A DNA stretch of 64,000 nt from a virus. The translations under genes were made by a program, and so were the position numbers. Under the pieces are notes generated by a model. That model was not told where the DNA came from and did no database searches. It worked only from the letters and a program-made list of their open reading frames with translations. The stretch lies in IMG/VR virus record IMGVR_UViG_3300032893_000006, positions 1 to 64,000 of that record. The stretch is one strand, 5' to 3'. Shown piece by piece: positions 54,437 through 64,000 of the stretch (position 1 is its first letter; every line of letters starts with the position of its first letter).

Positions 54437-54901
54437 ATGCCATTGGAAGTAGACGAAGTAGTTGATATCCCCGGTTTGACGGGCGAAGAGATCATTGTCG
54501 ATCTTTGTGAGCAAATCAAAAACAAGCTCCGTCGCGATTGCAATCTCCGTCCTGCTGATTCATACATTAACGGATACAGTGCAGAGATTTCGGTGAAGAT
54601 TCAGTGCTACGGCATCGATACTGCGCAAGTGGAGACGACGATTTCTGCGACAAAAGAACCTCCGTCCGAAGCGGGAACAAAACCTGTTTTGGAAGTAACC
54701 GAGCAGGTGATTATTGCCCATGAACCCGATCTCGAAGCTGTTCGCGACCGCAGCGCACTAGAAGCCCCGCAGCTTGAGAAAAACGATACTCCGGCACCAT
54801 CTGCTCCAGAAGGAGAAAAAGCTCAAGAGCCAAGTCGTCGCCAATACGGTCAACGGACGCATCGTGTTGCAGGAGGCGGAGCCGGAAGCTTCGATAAGTA
54901 A
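54437..54901 (+). CDS. Hypothetical protein
   Basis: SD AGGAGGAG. Confidence 0.65.
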   Translation: MPLEVDEVVDIPGLTGEEIIVDLCEQIKNKLRRDCNLRPADSYINGYSAEISVKIQCYGIDTAQVETTISATKEPPSEAGTKPVLEVTEQVIIAHEPDLEAVRDRSALEAPQLEKNDTPAPSAPEGEKAQEPSRRQYGQRTHRVAGGGAGSFDK

Positions 54902-54919
54902 TACGCCACGAGAAAGGGC

Positions 54920-55213
54920 TTGTTTAGTCGTCTAGGCGTCGGCAAATCGAATGGAAAACCCCATCGTGTTTGTCGGAAATGCCGGGAAATTGTTCGTCGC
55001 CATGACAAATGGCGTCAGGTGAAACGACACGTTTTCGGGATATTCGGAACCGTGTACGAAATCGAGCACAAAGATTGTAGCGATCCGGAGCTTAAAATCG
55101 CGAAAATGCTGGCTCAGCCTGAGACGCCAATGTCGCAATGGCTCCGGGAGAACCAATTACCGGCGACGACGTGGACCGGCACTAGCGACAAAGTGTCGGA
55201 GACGATTCAATGA
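54920..55213 (+). CDS. Hypothetical Cys/His protein
   Basis: CRKC ... EH.DC. Confidence 0.5.
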   Translation: MFSRLGVGKSNGKPHRVCRKCREIVRRHDKWRQVKRHVFGIFGTVYEIEHKDCSDPELKIAKMLAQPETPMSQWLRENQLPATTWTGTSDKVSETIQ

Positions 55214-55569
55214 ACTCAGTTCAAGAAGACCAAATCATCAAAGCAGTGGCTATGTTTGCCGAGGCTTTTCGTAGCCTCGCCGACACAGCGCGGAGTGCCT
55301 ATGAGGAAGGGAAAAGGGTCTCAGAACGGCTCTGGCCCGAGCGACCAGAGAAACAGCGAGAAGCTAAAGTCTCCAGAGTCCCCACAGCCGAAGACAGGGC
55401 GAAAGAAGACCAAGGTGCAGCCGATACGCGCCCCATTAGTCAATGGCTCTCCCTCGACGAAGAACTCGCTGAGCCCCGCCTTGGACCAAGAGAGCGAGAA
55501 TGGCTTAGAGAGCACCCCGAAGAACAAGTCTATGCGCCGGGTACCAAAGCTGGCGGTAAAGCGGGATAG
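55210..55569 (+). CDS. Hypothetical protein overlapping the next gene
   Basis: Coupled by ATGA to the upstream gene. Confidence 0.55.
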   Translation: MNSVQEDQIIKAVAMFAEAFRSLADTARSAYEEGKRVSERLWPERPEKQREAKVSRVPTAEDRAKEDQGAADTRPISQWLSLDEELAEPRLGPREREWLREHPEEQVYAPGTKAGGKAG

Positions 55570-56179
55570 ACACGATGACGCACTTCGTCGTCTCGGTGTT
55601 CGCCAAACAGAAGTCGATCTTTGTCCGCCATTGACAACGATGATTCGTACCACAATTCGTGGCGGGACGAGAACTGCGCTGCGCGCTATGCGATTCGCAT
55701 CGAACGATCTATCGATCAAGGCTTTCCTCGACACATACAATTCAATTCCAGAAGGCGACCGCGAAAAACTGCCTTGGGAGGCCATCGCAATTGCTGCCAA
55801 AGTCGACGTTGAGCGTTTGTTAGGAGCGATACATTTCGCCCTTCAATCGGATTCAGTGATGCAGGTAAAATTCATTGCGCTGAGCCATTATCCGAGCGTG
55901 ATGAAGAAGATGATGAAATATGCGAAAGATAAAACTGGAGAACGCGACCGTGCGGCTATCAATCAAGCAATGGGATTCACGCCTTCTCCCAAGCCGCCTA
56001 CTTTTATAGGCAAAGCGATATTTGGAGCAGAATCGGTTTCCGATGATTCCGAAGAAGAAATAAAACAACCGGCATTTTCAATGGAAGATAACGTAAATTC
56101 TATTTTTCCATCTTCAACCGACATGCAAAATAAATTGATTCCGATACGTCAACGCCTCCTCGAAGAAGGCGATAAGTAA
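55301..56179 (+). CDS. Candidate terminase small subunit (start at 55301 or 55532)
   Basis: Position directly upstream of the large terminase; helical core. Confidence 0.45.
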   Translation: MRKGKGSQNGSGPSDQRNSEKLKSPESPQPKTGRKKTKVQPIRAPLVNGSPSTKNSLSPALDQESENGLESTPKNKSMRRVPKLAVKRDRHDDALRRLGVRQTEVDLCPPLTTMIRTTIRGGTRTALRAMRFASNDLSIKAFLDTYNSIPEGDREKLPWEAIAIAAKVDVERLLGAIHFALQSDSVMQVKFIALSHYPSVMKKMMKYAKDKTGERDRAAINQAMGFTPSPKPPTFIGKAIFGAESVSDDSEEEIKQPAFSMEDNVNSIFPSSTDMQNKLIPIRQRLLEEGDK

Positions 56180-56256
56180 ATAATTCCGAGCGCGGATGGC
56201 ATGTTCTCTTCACAGCCAGCGCCACGTGACAAGCAAGCTGGCTGACGGAGGCAGCT

Positions 56257-59200
56257 ATTTATTCCCCAAAAATCGTACAGGCAAATCTCGACGCTTTCGC
56301 GGCCAAAAATAAGTGGATGCCTATTCCACACTCGCAAGATGAGATCGACGACTTCAAAGAAGTAATTGCAAAAATCGTCGACATCGAAGAGACTAGCCGA
56401 TCCGCCTCTGTATCTCTTAAAGGCCCAATCAGTTCGAACGTCGCGACGGAGATCAGGCAGTTCATTCAAAACGAACAAGTCTTATGCGCCCTCGATAACA
56501 GCTATTGGGAGGCGCGCTACGCATACGTGTGTAACGAGAAGGGAGAGATTTCAAAATTTAGGAACAGAAAATCTCAGGAAGTCTTCGATCAAATTGTCGG
56601 CGACTTCGACGAGCGTCAGGTCTCAATTGAGGTTCTTTGCCTCGATCCGAACGCTAAGATACTGACTGCTGACCTCAAGTGGAAACGCCTCGATGACATT
56701 CAAATCGGCGAAGAACTGGTAGCTGTCGATGAAGGGCAAAGCATGAACGAGAGACGTGCTGAAGCAGCAAAGCGACAGCGCGAATTGAGGAGCGGCGTTC
56801 ACAGAGGAAAATCGACAAAACGCTTGCGTAAAGAACGTAAAATGCGAACGACTATTGTCGAAAATAAATGGGAATCTTGCAAAGAAGCATTGAAGTTTAC
56901 GTTTGAAGATGGGAGAACTTTAATCTGCTCGGCGGATCACCAGTGGTTGTGCAAGCAGCGCGGAGGATGCGAACCTATATGGCAAAAATCTGAAGAAATG
57001 CGGGTGGGAGATCAGGCCAGATATATAACGAAGCCGTGGAATGAGCAGACAACCGCTGATGCATGGATGGGGGGAATCATCGATGGAGAAGGATCGCTCG
57101 ACAGTGGATGTGGCATCGAAATAAATATCACTCAGGTGTTCAATGTAGTTTTCGACCGCGTAAAGGAATATCTTTCGATCTCCGGATATAACTTCCAACA
57201 GGGAATCGACAAAAGACAGCCGTCTAAGGATGGCAGGGGAAAACTGGGATCAAAGGACGTCGGGAGGTTATACGTTTCGCGGATGGATGAAGCATTTCGG
57301 ATCATCGGCCAGACGAGGCCATTCCGTTTTATCTCTAAAAAATGGTGGGAAGGGAAAAGTCTTCCCGGAAAGAAGACAGGAATTGGCTGGTCACGGATTG
57401 TAAAGATTGAAATCCTTCCAAAACAGCGCATGATTGACATCCAAACTTCGACAAGGACATTCATCGCGGAGGGTTTTGTATCTCACAATTGTCTTAAAGG
57501 TCGGCAGGTCGGAATCACGACCAAGACCGCCTTGAAGTTCATGCACCGTCTGATGTTCATCCCCCACACACAGGCTGTTATGGCTTCGGTACAAGCTGAG
57601 AAGTCGGAACTCATTGGCCGAATTCTGGACATTGCATATACCAAGTCGCCATGGTGGCTAGTGCCGATGCGCGGCTCCAAGGGACGGTTCGACAATGGCT
57701 CCGTCTTATCCATCCAGTCAGGTATGCAGGCGACCGGTATTGCTCAGGGATGGACGCCGACTTGCCTTCCGTACTTCTCAAAAATCCGAATGGCAAACGG
57801 ATTCCTCAAGGCGATTAGTGAAGTTAGTGTAGGTGAAAGAGTTCTCACACATCAAGGTAAAATCGCAACTGTAAAAAAGGCTTTCGAAACAAAACCTTTT
57901 GCGCAAACGAAAGTTTTACGACTATGGGGACACTATTCACCACTCGAATGCACAATCGAACACCGCGTCTCGACGCCGGATGGTTTTGTTGAGGCCGACC
58001 AGATTTCAGTGGGAGACTATGTATGCCATCCGCTGCGAGAGATTAAACACTCTCTCCTCAAGGCTCAGTTTACGCACTTCAGTCGTGGCAAGATCGCAGC
58101 AAACAAGGCGCATAATTTCGATGCTCCGTTCGATCTTCCATTTGGGTATTTGTGTGGCCTGTACCTCGCTGAAGGCAGCTTGCATAAGAGTGGAATTGGG
58201 AAGAAAAAGCCGTATCTGTCAGAAGTAATTTTTACGGTACATGAAAGAGAAGCAGAGGACCGTGTTCAGATGTTGCGTCGATTTCTCGGGAAGGAGCAGC
58301 ATATAAAAGTTAAGAAACACAACGAGCATGGCGCGCAGATTAAAATTTCAGCGGCTTGGCTGGCGCGGTGGATATCGGAAAATTTTGGAGAGAAAACAAA
58401 CAAGCAAATTCCAGACTGGATTTGGGATGCTGGCGAAGAATTTTGCAGGGGAATACTCTATGGATATTTAGATGGAGATGGCCATTGCGATACCAGCAGC
58501 AATAATGTGGTAGCTCCGACAATATGTTCGCAGATCGCTTATCAGATGCGCGACTTGGTCGCATCTTTGAAATACGGTTGGGCATCGATTTATTTCGTTG
58601 ACGAACATAGGCAAGGTTCCATGAAAAAGCGTCCAGTTTGGCGGCTGGTGTTGAGTGGCCCCGTTGGTGCGGGATATCGTCGGGATCGCGGACTGCCGTT
58701 CAGAAAACCGATGAAACATGCTCGCCATTGGCGCTATGGAGTCGACGGCAAAACAGTCGATGTGATGATTGAAAGCATTTCCCATAACTCGTCTGCTAGC
58801 CTTTGGGATTTGGAGGTTGATAGCGAAGACCATTCGTTCACTACAGATCAGTGTGCGGTACACAATTGCGTGCACATCTCCGAGCTTGCCGACATTCCAA
58901 AGCCAGAGAAGGTCATTGAAGAAGGTCTGCTCCGCGCCACCCACTCGTCTCGAAATCTATTCCTTGTTCTCGAAGGAACTGGCGGCGGCAATACAGGATG
59001 GCTTGCGGAGACTTGGCGTAACGCCAAGCGCGATTATCCACTCGGCAAGCACCGTCTCTGCCCGATCTTTCTGCCGTGGTTTACTGCCACCGATCTCTAT
59101 CCGGAAGCGGATTGGATTCGTAAATTCCCGATCCCCGGAAACTTCATGCGCGAGCGTCTCGATGCCACAGTCAAGCACGTCGCTCGGTGCGAGGCATTCG

Positions 59201-60384
59201 TCCGCAACACGCCGTACATGCGCAAGGTTTATGGTGCAGGATGGACGATGCCAATCGACCAGCAGTGGTTCTATGACTTCAATTATCGGCAGGCAGTCAA
59301 CAACCGCACACAGAGAGTGTGGATGGCGCAGATGCCTGCTGACGACTTCGAGGCGTTGACAGGAAAGCATGACTCCGTCTTCGAAGCGGATGTCATCGAG
59401 GACCTTGAGAGCAATATCTATGAGATCATCACGAATCGCGCTACAGGAGAAGAGACAAAGCTGCGCAAGCAGCCGGTGGATGCGTATGCGATCACCGGCC
59501 ACGATGTCGACCCGTCGTTTTACCCGAGCAAGGACCAGATCGATTTTAGCAAGCCGCCAATCAACGTTTATTGGAATTCGAGCCGAGGCCAAGAGTACGA
59601 GTGGCAGATGGTCCCTCTGATTTGGCTTCCCGAAGAAAACGAAGAAAACACGATGGATCGTCTTCTGATTTTTGAACACCCAGCCAAATGGAACGAGTAC
59701 ACTCTTGGTATCGATACAGCGGATGGTCTAGGCAAAGAAGACGAAGAAAGGACTGTGCTTTCGCTGGCGAAAAATCGCTATCATGGCGGCTACGATGAAC
59801 AGGTAGCCGAATTCACCTCGAACAGAGTTAATGCGGCGCAGGCTGTAGCATTCGCCGCCTGCATTGGAGCGTACTGGAGCCCTTGCGTTCAAGATAGTCG
59901 TGGCATCATGTATGCTATCGAACAGATTGGAAGGCCGGGAGAGACATGTCAGCACCAGCTAAAAATGATGGGATTTCATCGTCATTACCGTCCCAAAAGG
60001 TTCGATTCAAAAAAAATCAAAGATGAATTAGGAAAGAAAGAAGGATGGTGGTCAAGCGCTTGGGCAGTACCGATCCTGATGACGCGGTACGTTGAGGCGA
60101 TCAATGGGGGATGGTACGTTCCTCGTTCGCGTTGGCTGATTGAGGAATTGAAGACGTTGGAGCGCCGTCAAGCGGCAGGAAAGTCGAAGATGGTGCACAG
60201 AAGCGGCCAATTCGATGACAGAGTTCGAGCGTCGGCACAGTCGTTTTTCTGCGCGCACGACCTCGATGTTCTCGCAGACCGCGCCCAAAAGAGAAGAGTC
60301 GTGCCAAAGCAAATGAACGAACCTACGCCAATGCGGCGAGCGGGGCAAGTCTCAGTGAGCGACGGCGATGACGATTGGGGATAA
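56257..60384 (+). CDS. terL: Terminase large subunit containing two inteins (start ATT 56257 or ATG 56317)
   Basis: After splicing: LKGRQVGITT (Walker A), HISELAD (Walker B), EGTGGG, GID.ADG nuclease motif, FDDRV. Confidence 0.9.
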   Translation: MYSPKIVQANLDAFAAKNKWMPIPHSQDEIDDFKEVIAKIVDIEETSRSASVSLKGPISSNVATEIRQFIQNEQVLCALDNSYWEARYAYVCNEKGEISKFRNRKSQEVFDQIVGDFDERQVSIEVLCLDPNAKILTADLKWKRLDDIQIGEELVAVDEGQSMNERRAEAAKRQRELRSGVHRGKSTKRLRKERKMRTTIVENKWESCKEALKFTFEDGRTLICSADHQWLCKQRGGCEPIWQKSEEMRVGDQARYITKPWNEQTTADAWMGGIIDGEGSLDSGCGIEINITQVFNVVFDRVKEYLSISGYNFQQGIDKRQPSKDGRGKLGSKDVGRLYVSRMDEAFRIIGQTRPFRFISKKWWEGKSLPGKKTGIGWSRIVKIEILPKQRMIDIQTSTRTFIAEGFVSHNCLKGRQVGITTKTALKFMHRLMFIPHTQAVMASVQAEKSELIGRILDIAYTKSPWWLVPMRGSKGRFDNGSVLSIQSGMQATGIAQGWTPTCLPYFSKIRMANGFLKAISEVSVGERVLTHQGKIATVKKAFETKPFAQTKVLRLWGHYSPLECTIEHRVSTPDGFVEADQISVGDYVCHPLREIKHSLLKAQFTHFSRGKIAANKAHNFDAPFDLPFGYLCGLYLAEGSLHKSGIGKKKPYLSEVIFTVHEREAEDRVQMLRRFLGKEQHIKVKKHNEHGAQIKISAAWLARWISENFGEKTNKQIPDWIWDAGEEFCRGILYGYLDGDGHCDTSSNNVVAPTICSQIAYQMRDLVASLKYGWASIYFVDEHRQGSMKKRPVWRLVLSGPVGAGYRRDRGLPFRKPMKHARHWRYGVDGKTVDVMIESISHNSSASLWDLEVDSEDHSFTTDQCAVHNCVHISELADIPKPEKVIEEGLLRATHSSRNLFLVLEGTGGGNTGWLAETWRNAKRDYPLGKHRLCPIFLPWFTATDLYPEADWIRKFPIPGNFMRERLDATVKHVARCEAFVRNTPYMRKVYGAGWTMPIDQQWFYDFNYRQAVNNRTQRVWMAQMPADDFEALTGKHDSVFEADVIEDLESNIYEIITNRATGEETKLRKQPVDAYAITGHDVDPSFYPSKDQIDFSKPPINVYWNSSRGQEYEWQMVPLIWLPEENEENTMDRLLIFEHPAKWNEYTLGIDTADGLGKEDEERTVLSLAKNRYHGGYDEQVAEFTSNRVNAAQAVAFAACIGAYWSPCVQDSRGIMYAIEQIGRPGETCQHQLKMMGFHRHYRPKRFDSKKIKDELGKKEGWWSSAWAVPILMTRYVEAINGGWYVPRSRWLIEELKTLERRQAAGKSKMVHRSGQFDDRVRASAQSFFCAHDLDVLADRAQKRRVVPKQMNEPTPMRRAGQVSVSDGDDDWG
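56638..57489 (+). mobile_element. Intein 1 (284 aa) with a LAGLIDADG-like motif
   Basis: Starts CLDPNAKI, ends VSHN before Cys; WMGGIIDGEGS. Confidence 0.9.
57763..58866 (+). mobile_element. Intein 2 (368 aa) with a LAGLIDADG endonuclease
   Basis: Starts CLPYFSKI, ends AVHN before Cys; CGLYLAEGS and YGYLDGDG. Confidence 0.9.
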
Positions 60385-60402
60385 TTAAGAAAGGGAATAG
60401 AC

Positions 60403-60804
60403 ATGTCGAGAAATGCATATTTGACGACTCCGGTCGTGTTCTGGCTCGATACGTTGAATGGTACCGTCAAGATGGGGCTACCGGAACAGTATGAAGCACC
60501 GCCATTTCATGAAAAAATCGTCTGTAACACTGTGTGGGACGTCGAGAGATGGTCGCAAAAGATGCGCGAGCAGGATCGCATTCGGCAACAGATGGAAGAC
60601 GATAAACGTGGCGCTGAAGAAGAGCGCATCCGTGGCGAGATTCGTAGCCACATCCACCACCTGATCGCAAATTCCAAAAACAATCTCAATCGAGATTTTC
60701 TCAAAAAATACCTTGAAAAATCCGACAAACTGCCGAACGATCCGACGCGATGGAATCGCGAAAGCTATCTCCACATTGAAGGTTACGAGAAAAACCATGG
60801 ATAA
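60403..60804 (+). CDS. Hypothetical protein
   Basis: 133-aa ORF after terL. Confidence 0.65.
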   Translation: MSRNAYLTTPVVFWLDTLNGTVKMGLPEQYEAPPFHEKIVCNTVWDVERWSQKMREQDRIRQQMEDDKRGAEEERIRGEIRSHIHHLIANSKNNLNRDFLKKYLEKSDKLPNDPTRWNRESYLHIEGYEKNHG

Positions 60805-61390
60805 GATTAAGAGCGAAAATGCTAGACGCCAATGGGCTGCACGTAGGAAAGAACGTAGTAGCCACTGGCAAATAGAAGATGGCACAGTTCATATCTCAAT
60901 GACCAGAGGCTTAGAAGCCTTGATTGATTTTGACGATTTCGAACGTGTTCGGCTTTATACATGGGTTCCACGTTTTTCGCACACGCGAAAATCCGACGGT
61001 GTATCGGTCTATTACGCAGAGGCTGTGGTCCCAAACGAAACCGGAACTGAGAAGATATTTCTTCATAATCTAGTCATGCCGCCCACAGATGGAATGCGCG
61101 TGGATCACCGAGATCGTGATGGCTTAAATTGCAGAAAAGGCAATCTTCGTTTTGGAACAGAATCTCAAAATTCTGCAAATAAATCATCAGTGCGGACTAT
61201 TCGAAAATATAGAGGTGTTGTTAAGGACAACACCTCTAAGAATTGGATCGCGAAGATCATGGTCAATGGCAAATATATTTGCAAGTGCGGATTACCTACA
61301 GCAGAAGCCGCTGCTCGTGCCTACAATGATCTCGCGCTCTCCCACTTTGGAGAATTTGCCATGCTGAATACATTTTCGGGGGTCGTGTAG
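60797..61390 (+). CDS. HNH-AP2 homing endonuclease
   Basis: LHNLV, VDH.DRDGLN..K.NLR, KYRGV, W.AKI, AA.AYN. Confidence 0.85.
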   Translation: MDKIKSENARRQWAARRKERSSHWQIEDGTVHISMTRGLEALIDFDDFERVRLYTWVPRFSHTRKSDGVSVYYAEAVVPNETGTEKIFLHNLVMPPTDGMRVDHRDRDGLNCRKGNLRFGTESQNSANKSSVRTIRKYRGVVKDNTSKNWIAKIMVNGKYICKCGLPTAEAAARAYNDLALSHFGEFAMLNTFSGVV

Positions 61391-61611
61391 TGAAATCGCT
61401 ATCAGGAAAAGATTGTCCGGTGCCTTGTGATGAAAGTTGGTGTGATTGGCAGAGAGCAATCGGCTTCTACTGCTTTCAGGTCCGTATTTCTCAATGGAGA
61501 CAGCGGATATCTTTAACGCCAACGTTGATGCTCGATTGGGAAGGGCTTGAATATCTTTCATTGAGCGTCATTTGGGTATTCTGGGAATTAGCAATTGATT
61601 GGCGTCTTTGA
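61390..61611 (+). CDS. Trp-rich small hypothetical protein
   Basis: Coupled ORF. Confidence 0.4.
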   Translation: MKSLSGKDCPVPCDESWCDWQRAIGFYCFQVRISQWRQRISLTPTLMLDWEGLEYLSLSVIWVFWELAIDWRL

Positions 61612-61826
61612 TGCATATCACTCAATGCTTCATTCACGATCACGTTCTCCGGGAGGATGAAGTCTCATCGGCAACTGAGATCGGAAGAAAAACGTATGAC
61701 GGCGAAGGTTCTCATCGCCCAGAATTGAGTGTTTGGTTGTGGAGGGTCAGAAGGGACAACGGAAGAACTTGCTACGGCCACGGCAGCGACCCGAGCCATG
61801 GTGAAAAGCAATACATGGGGGAGTAA
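61599..61826 (+). CDS. Hypothetical protein
   Basis: Coupled ORF. Confidence 0.4.
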   Translation: MASLMHITQCFIHDHVLREDEVSSATEIGRKTYDGEGSHRPELSVWLWRVRRDNGRTCYGHGSDPSHGEKQYMGE

Positions 61827-62203
61827 TGCATAAAAAGTATCATGGAAAAAAGCACAGAAAGAGGGGCACCAGAGGAAGGGAACGCACCACGGAGGCTGTT
61901 CGTAAGAAACCAGAAAAGCCTGCCCAAGTTGCGACGATACCGAATCCGATGCATGTAAAGGGTCTTGATTCGTCCCCAGTCGGTCCTGTCCTACTTGAAC
62001 GCATTTGTGATAGCGGAAGGAAGGAACTGCCTGTTCTGGAAGTGGTAGAGCGATACAATGGCGCTCAGCCCTTTTGGGGATGCGGAATTAAGTTCCGGTG
62101 GTACTTCGGCTCTAGCTGTCAATGTCCGCAATGTTTTCGCATTTACTCTTTTACGAAAACCGATCTCGATGAAAAGAATGTTTGGATAGTCCCGCAAAAT
62201 TGA
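61826..62203 (+). CDS. Hypothetical protein with a C-terminal CxCxxC
   Basis: Basic N-terminus, CQCPQC. Confidence 0.5.
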   Translation: MHKKYHGKKHRKRGTRGRERTTEAVRKKPEKPAQVATIPNPMHVKGLDSSPVGPVLLERICDSGRKELPVLEVVERYNGAQPFWGCGIKFRWYFGSSCQCPQCFRIYSFTKTDLDEKNVWIVPQN

Positions 62204-62265
62204 TGTAAAGTGACTGAGAATACGTCGTCCAGATTCTGGATTTCCGGGGGGGAAACGGAAATGAA

Positions 62266-64000
62266 GTGCCTGTTCAACTGGAAGCCTATAACAGCCGGAA
62301 GGTAGACACGGTTCGTTGGCAGTGTCCTCCTTTCGAATCTTCTCCTGAATCAAGAGTCTCGTGGGTCGAGGACATGATTCAAGAGGGAGAGGGTTTCCTT
62401 GAGAATCAAAGTTGCTACAAGAATCTGAGCGAGAGCCTACGCATTTTCGACGCCGTTGTTCGTGCAGACAAGACCAAGTCGACGCTCCTCACGAACGAAC
62501 TCAAATACGACATCAGAAAATTCTGCGAGACGCTTGCCGAGGTCCGTGAGATTGCAGGATACGGATCAGATCATCCCGCCTACAAGCCAATCGCGGAGAT
62601 GCTGACCAAGGTTGCGAAAGCTGTCTATCTTGAGTCAGATTTTCCGTTCCAAATCCTGAAAGTTTTGCAGTACGCAGCCGTCATGGGTATCGGCTATCTC
62701 TGGCCGAAAGTGAAGGCAGATGAGTATGGCTATGGCGAGCGCAAGCTTGTGTTCGAGCCGCTCGGGCTGCTCGATGTCATTCCCGTGCAGATTCCCCGCA
62801 GCAATGATATTCAGGATGCATACTGCGTTACCATCTTCGACTACCTGCCGATTGCTGAAGCTTACGGACGTTTCCCGCTGTTTCAAAACCAGCTACAGGT
62901 AATCGGTCGATGGAACTACAAGAACCGAATTCAAGCGCGCCGTCAGGATTTTGCGGAGATGCATCGCTACGGAGATCAGAACCGCTCGTTCGGAAACCTA
63001 TACTGCGAGATTCGCTACACATTTGTTCGGGACATGCGCATCAACACAACCGGGCAAGAACTTCCTATGGGGGATGAAGGAACGACGTGGTTCTACCGCG
63101 TGCCAACGGTTGGCCAAACGATATTCGATGGCATTCACAATGGTCTGCCGTCGTTCCGTGCAGCGACGAAGGAAGATTGCCGCGTGTATCCGGGTTTGCG
63201 TTTAATCATCACGTCGACCGGCATCGAAAAGCCCTTGTACGATGGACCAGCATTCGACTGGGATACCAAGATGCCTGTCATTCAGTACACCGTCGACGAC
63301 TGGGCATGGGAGCCTCTTGGTCGGTCTCTCGTTGAAGACGTAGGCCGCATCGAGCAGACTCGCCGCAAGATCGAGAGGAAACTCGATCAGGTCATCACCG
63401 TCACCTTGAACCCGCCGCTTGGCTACAACATGACTGAAACTGGTGGTCCGAAGATCGAGCACTTCGACATCTTCGAAGAGGACGTCCGCATCGGTCTCGA
63501 CGGCAAGCCGAGCGAAACAATTCAGTCGGTGCTTCCGGACGAAGTGCGCCCAACAGAACTTCATTTCAAATTCCTTGAGTACCTGAAGAACGCTCTGCAG
63601 ACTCAGTTAGGATTGCTCGATCTCGGGAATCTCCAGAACATAAAGATGAATATTGCAAGTGATACTGCCGACAAGATGTTGGAATCGATAGGGCCTATCG
63701 CGAAAGGTATTGCCGCGCGCATCGAGAAAGCCAATAAATCTGTCGGTAACCGCGTGAAGTCGCTCATACTTCAGTGGTTCAATGTCCGGCGCATTATGGA
63801 GTACATCGGACCGACTGTGGCCCCGGAGATTTTCGATTTCAATCCCGATGATCTAATTCCGAGCCACCTTCCGGACGAGATGATCGGTAACGCTTTTCCA
63901 GAGAACGCCTCGATGTACTCGCGTCTGGAAAGAGCGCGGTGGTTTGCAAGAAATATTCGTCTGATCTCTGTTCCAAACACGCTTTTGCGGATCACCCAAA
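62266..64000 (+). CDS. Portal protein (partial, runs off the window end; not in the ORF track)
   Basis: Uninterrupted frame of over 570 codons downstream of terL, read manually to the edge; the call rests on size and position. Confidence 0.75.
   Translation, partial: MPVQLEAYNSRKVDTVRWQCPPFESSPESRVSWVEDMIQEGEGFLENQSCYKNLSESLRIFDAVVRADKTKSTLLTNELKYDIRKFCETLAEVREIAGYGSDHPAYKPIAEMLTKVAKAVYLESDFPFQILKVLQYAAVMGIGYLWPKVKADEYGYGERKLVFEPLGLLDVIPVQIPRSNDIQDAYCVTIFDYLPIAEAYGRFPLFQNQLQVIGRWNYKNRIQARRQDFAEMHRYGDQNRSFGNLYCEIRYTFVRDMRINTTGQELPMGDEGTTWFYRVPTVGQTIFDGIHNGLPSFRAATKEDCRVYPGLRLIITSTGIEKPLYDGPAFDWDTKMPVIQYTVDDWAWEPLGRSLVEDVGRIEQTRRKIERKLDQVITVTLNPPLGYNMTETGGPKIEHFDIFEEDVRIGLDGKPSETIQSVLPDEVRPTELHFKFLEYLKNALQTQLGLLDLGNLQNIKMNIASDTADKMLESIGPIAKGIAARIEKANKSVGNRVKSLILQWFNVRRIMEYIGPTVAPEIFDFNPDDLIPSHLPDEMIGNAFPENASMYSRLERARWFARNIRLISVPNTLLRITQ

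Noticed and set aside
1-64000. tRNA, rRNA or group I/II introns
   Set aside because: No cloverleaf or T-loop signature noticed by eye. The HNH genes abut intact neighbours rather than splitting exons. A tRNAscan/Infernal run would be needed to be certain.

Overview
This window is a slice of a large tailed bacteriophage genome (Caudoviricetes-like, about 55% GC). The host is probably diderm, and Acidobacteria-like on weak evidence (inference). It has three transcription blocks. (1) Rightward, 1-25550: Bet recombinase, replication initiator and DnaB, then a large accessory region with a PspA-like / OmpA-SBP / ABC transporter cassette and a J-domain pseudokinase / vWA / adenylosuccinate-synthetase-like module. 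Two paralogous gene pairs each combine a small protein ending in Gly-Gly with a partner carrying a conserved CxHP motif. An IS1595 element with an 8-bp TSD and toxin-antitoxin-like cargo interrupts the vWA gene. (2) Leftward, 25750-42130, early-type genes: serine recombinase, ParB-like proteins, beta clamp, TopoVI-A-like toprim protein and an AAA / DUF3150 / DUF2201 trio. (3) Rightward, 42600-64000: many small genes, radical SAM, host-like regulators (Fis, Csp, pseudo-receiver), a large terminase with two inteins, and a portal protein running off the end. No CRISPR array, rRNA or tRNA was seen. Several genes are split by 1-nt indels at short homopolymers, most simply read as sequence-consensus errors. 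All family calls come from motif recognition by eye; no searches were run.
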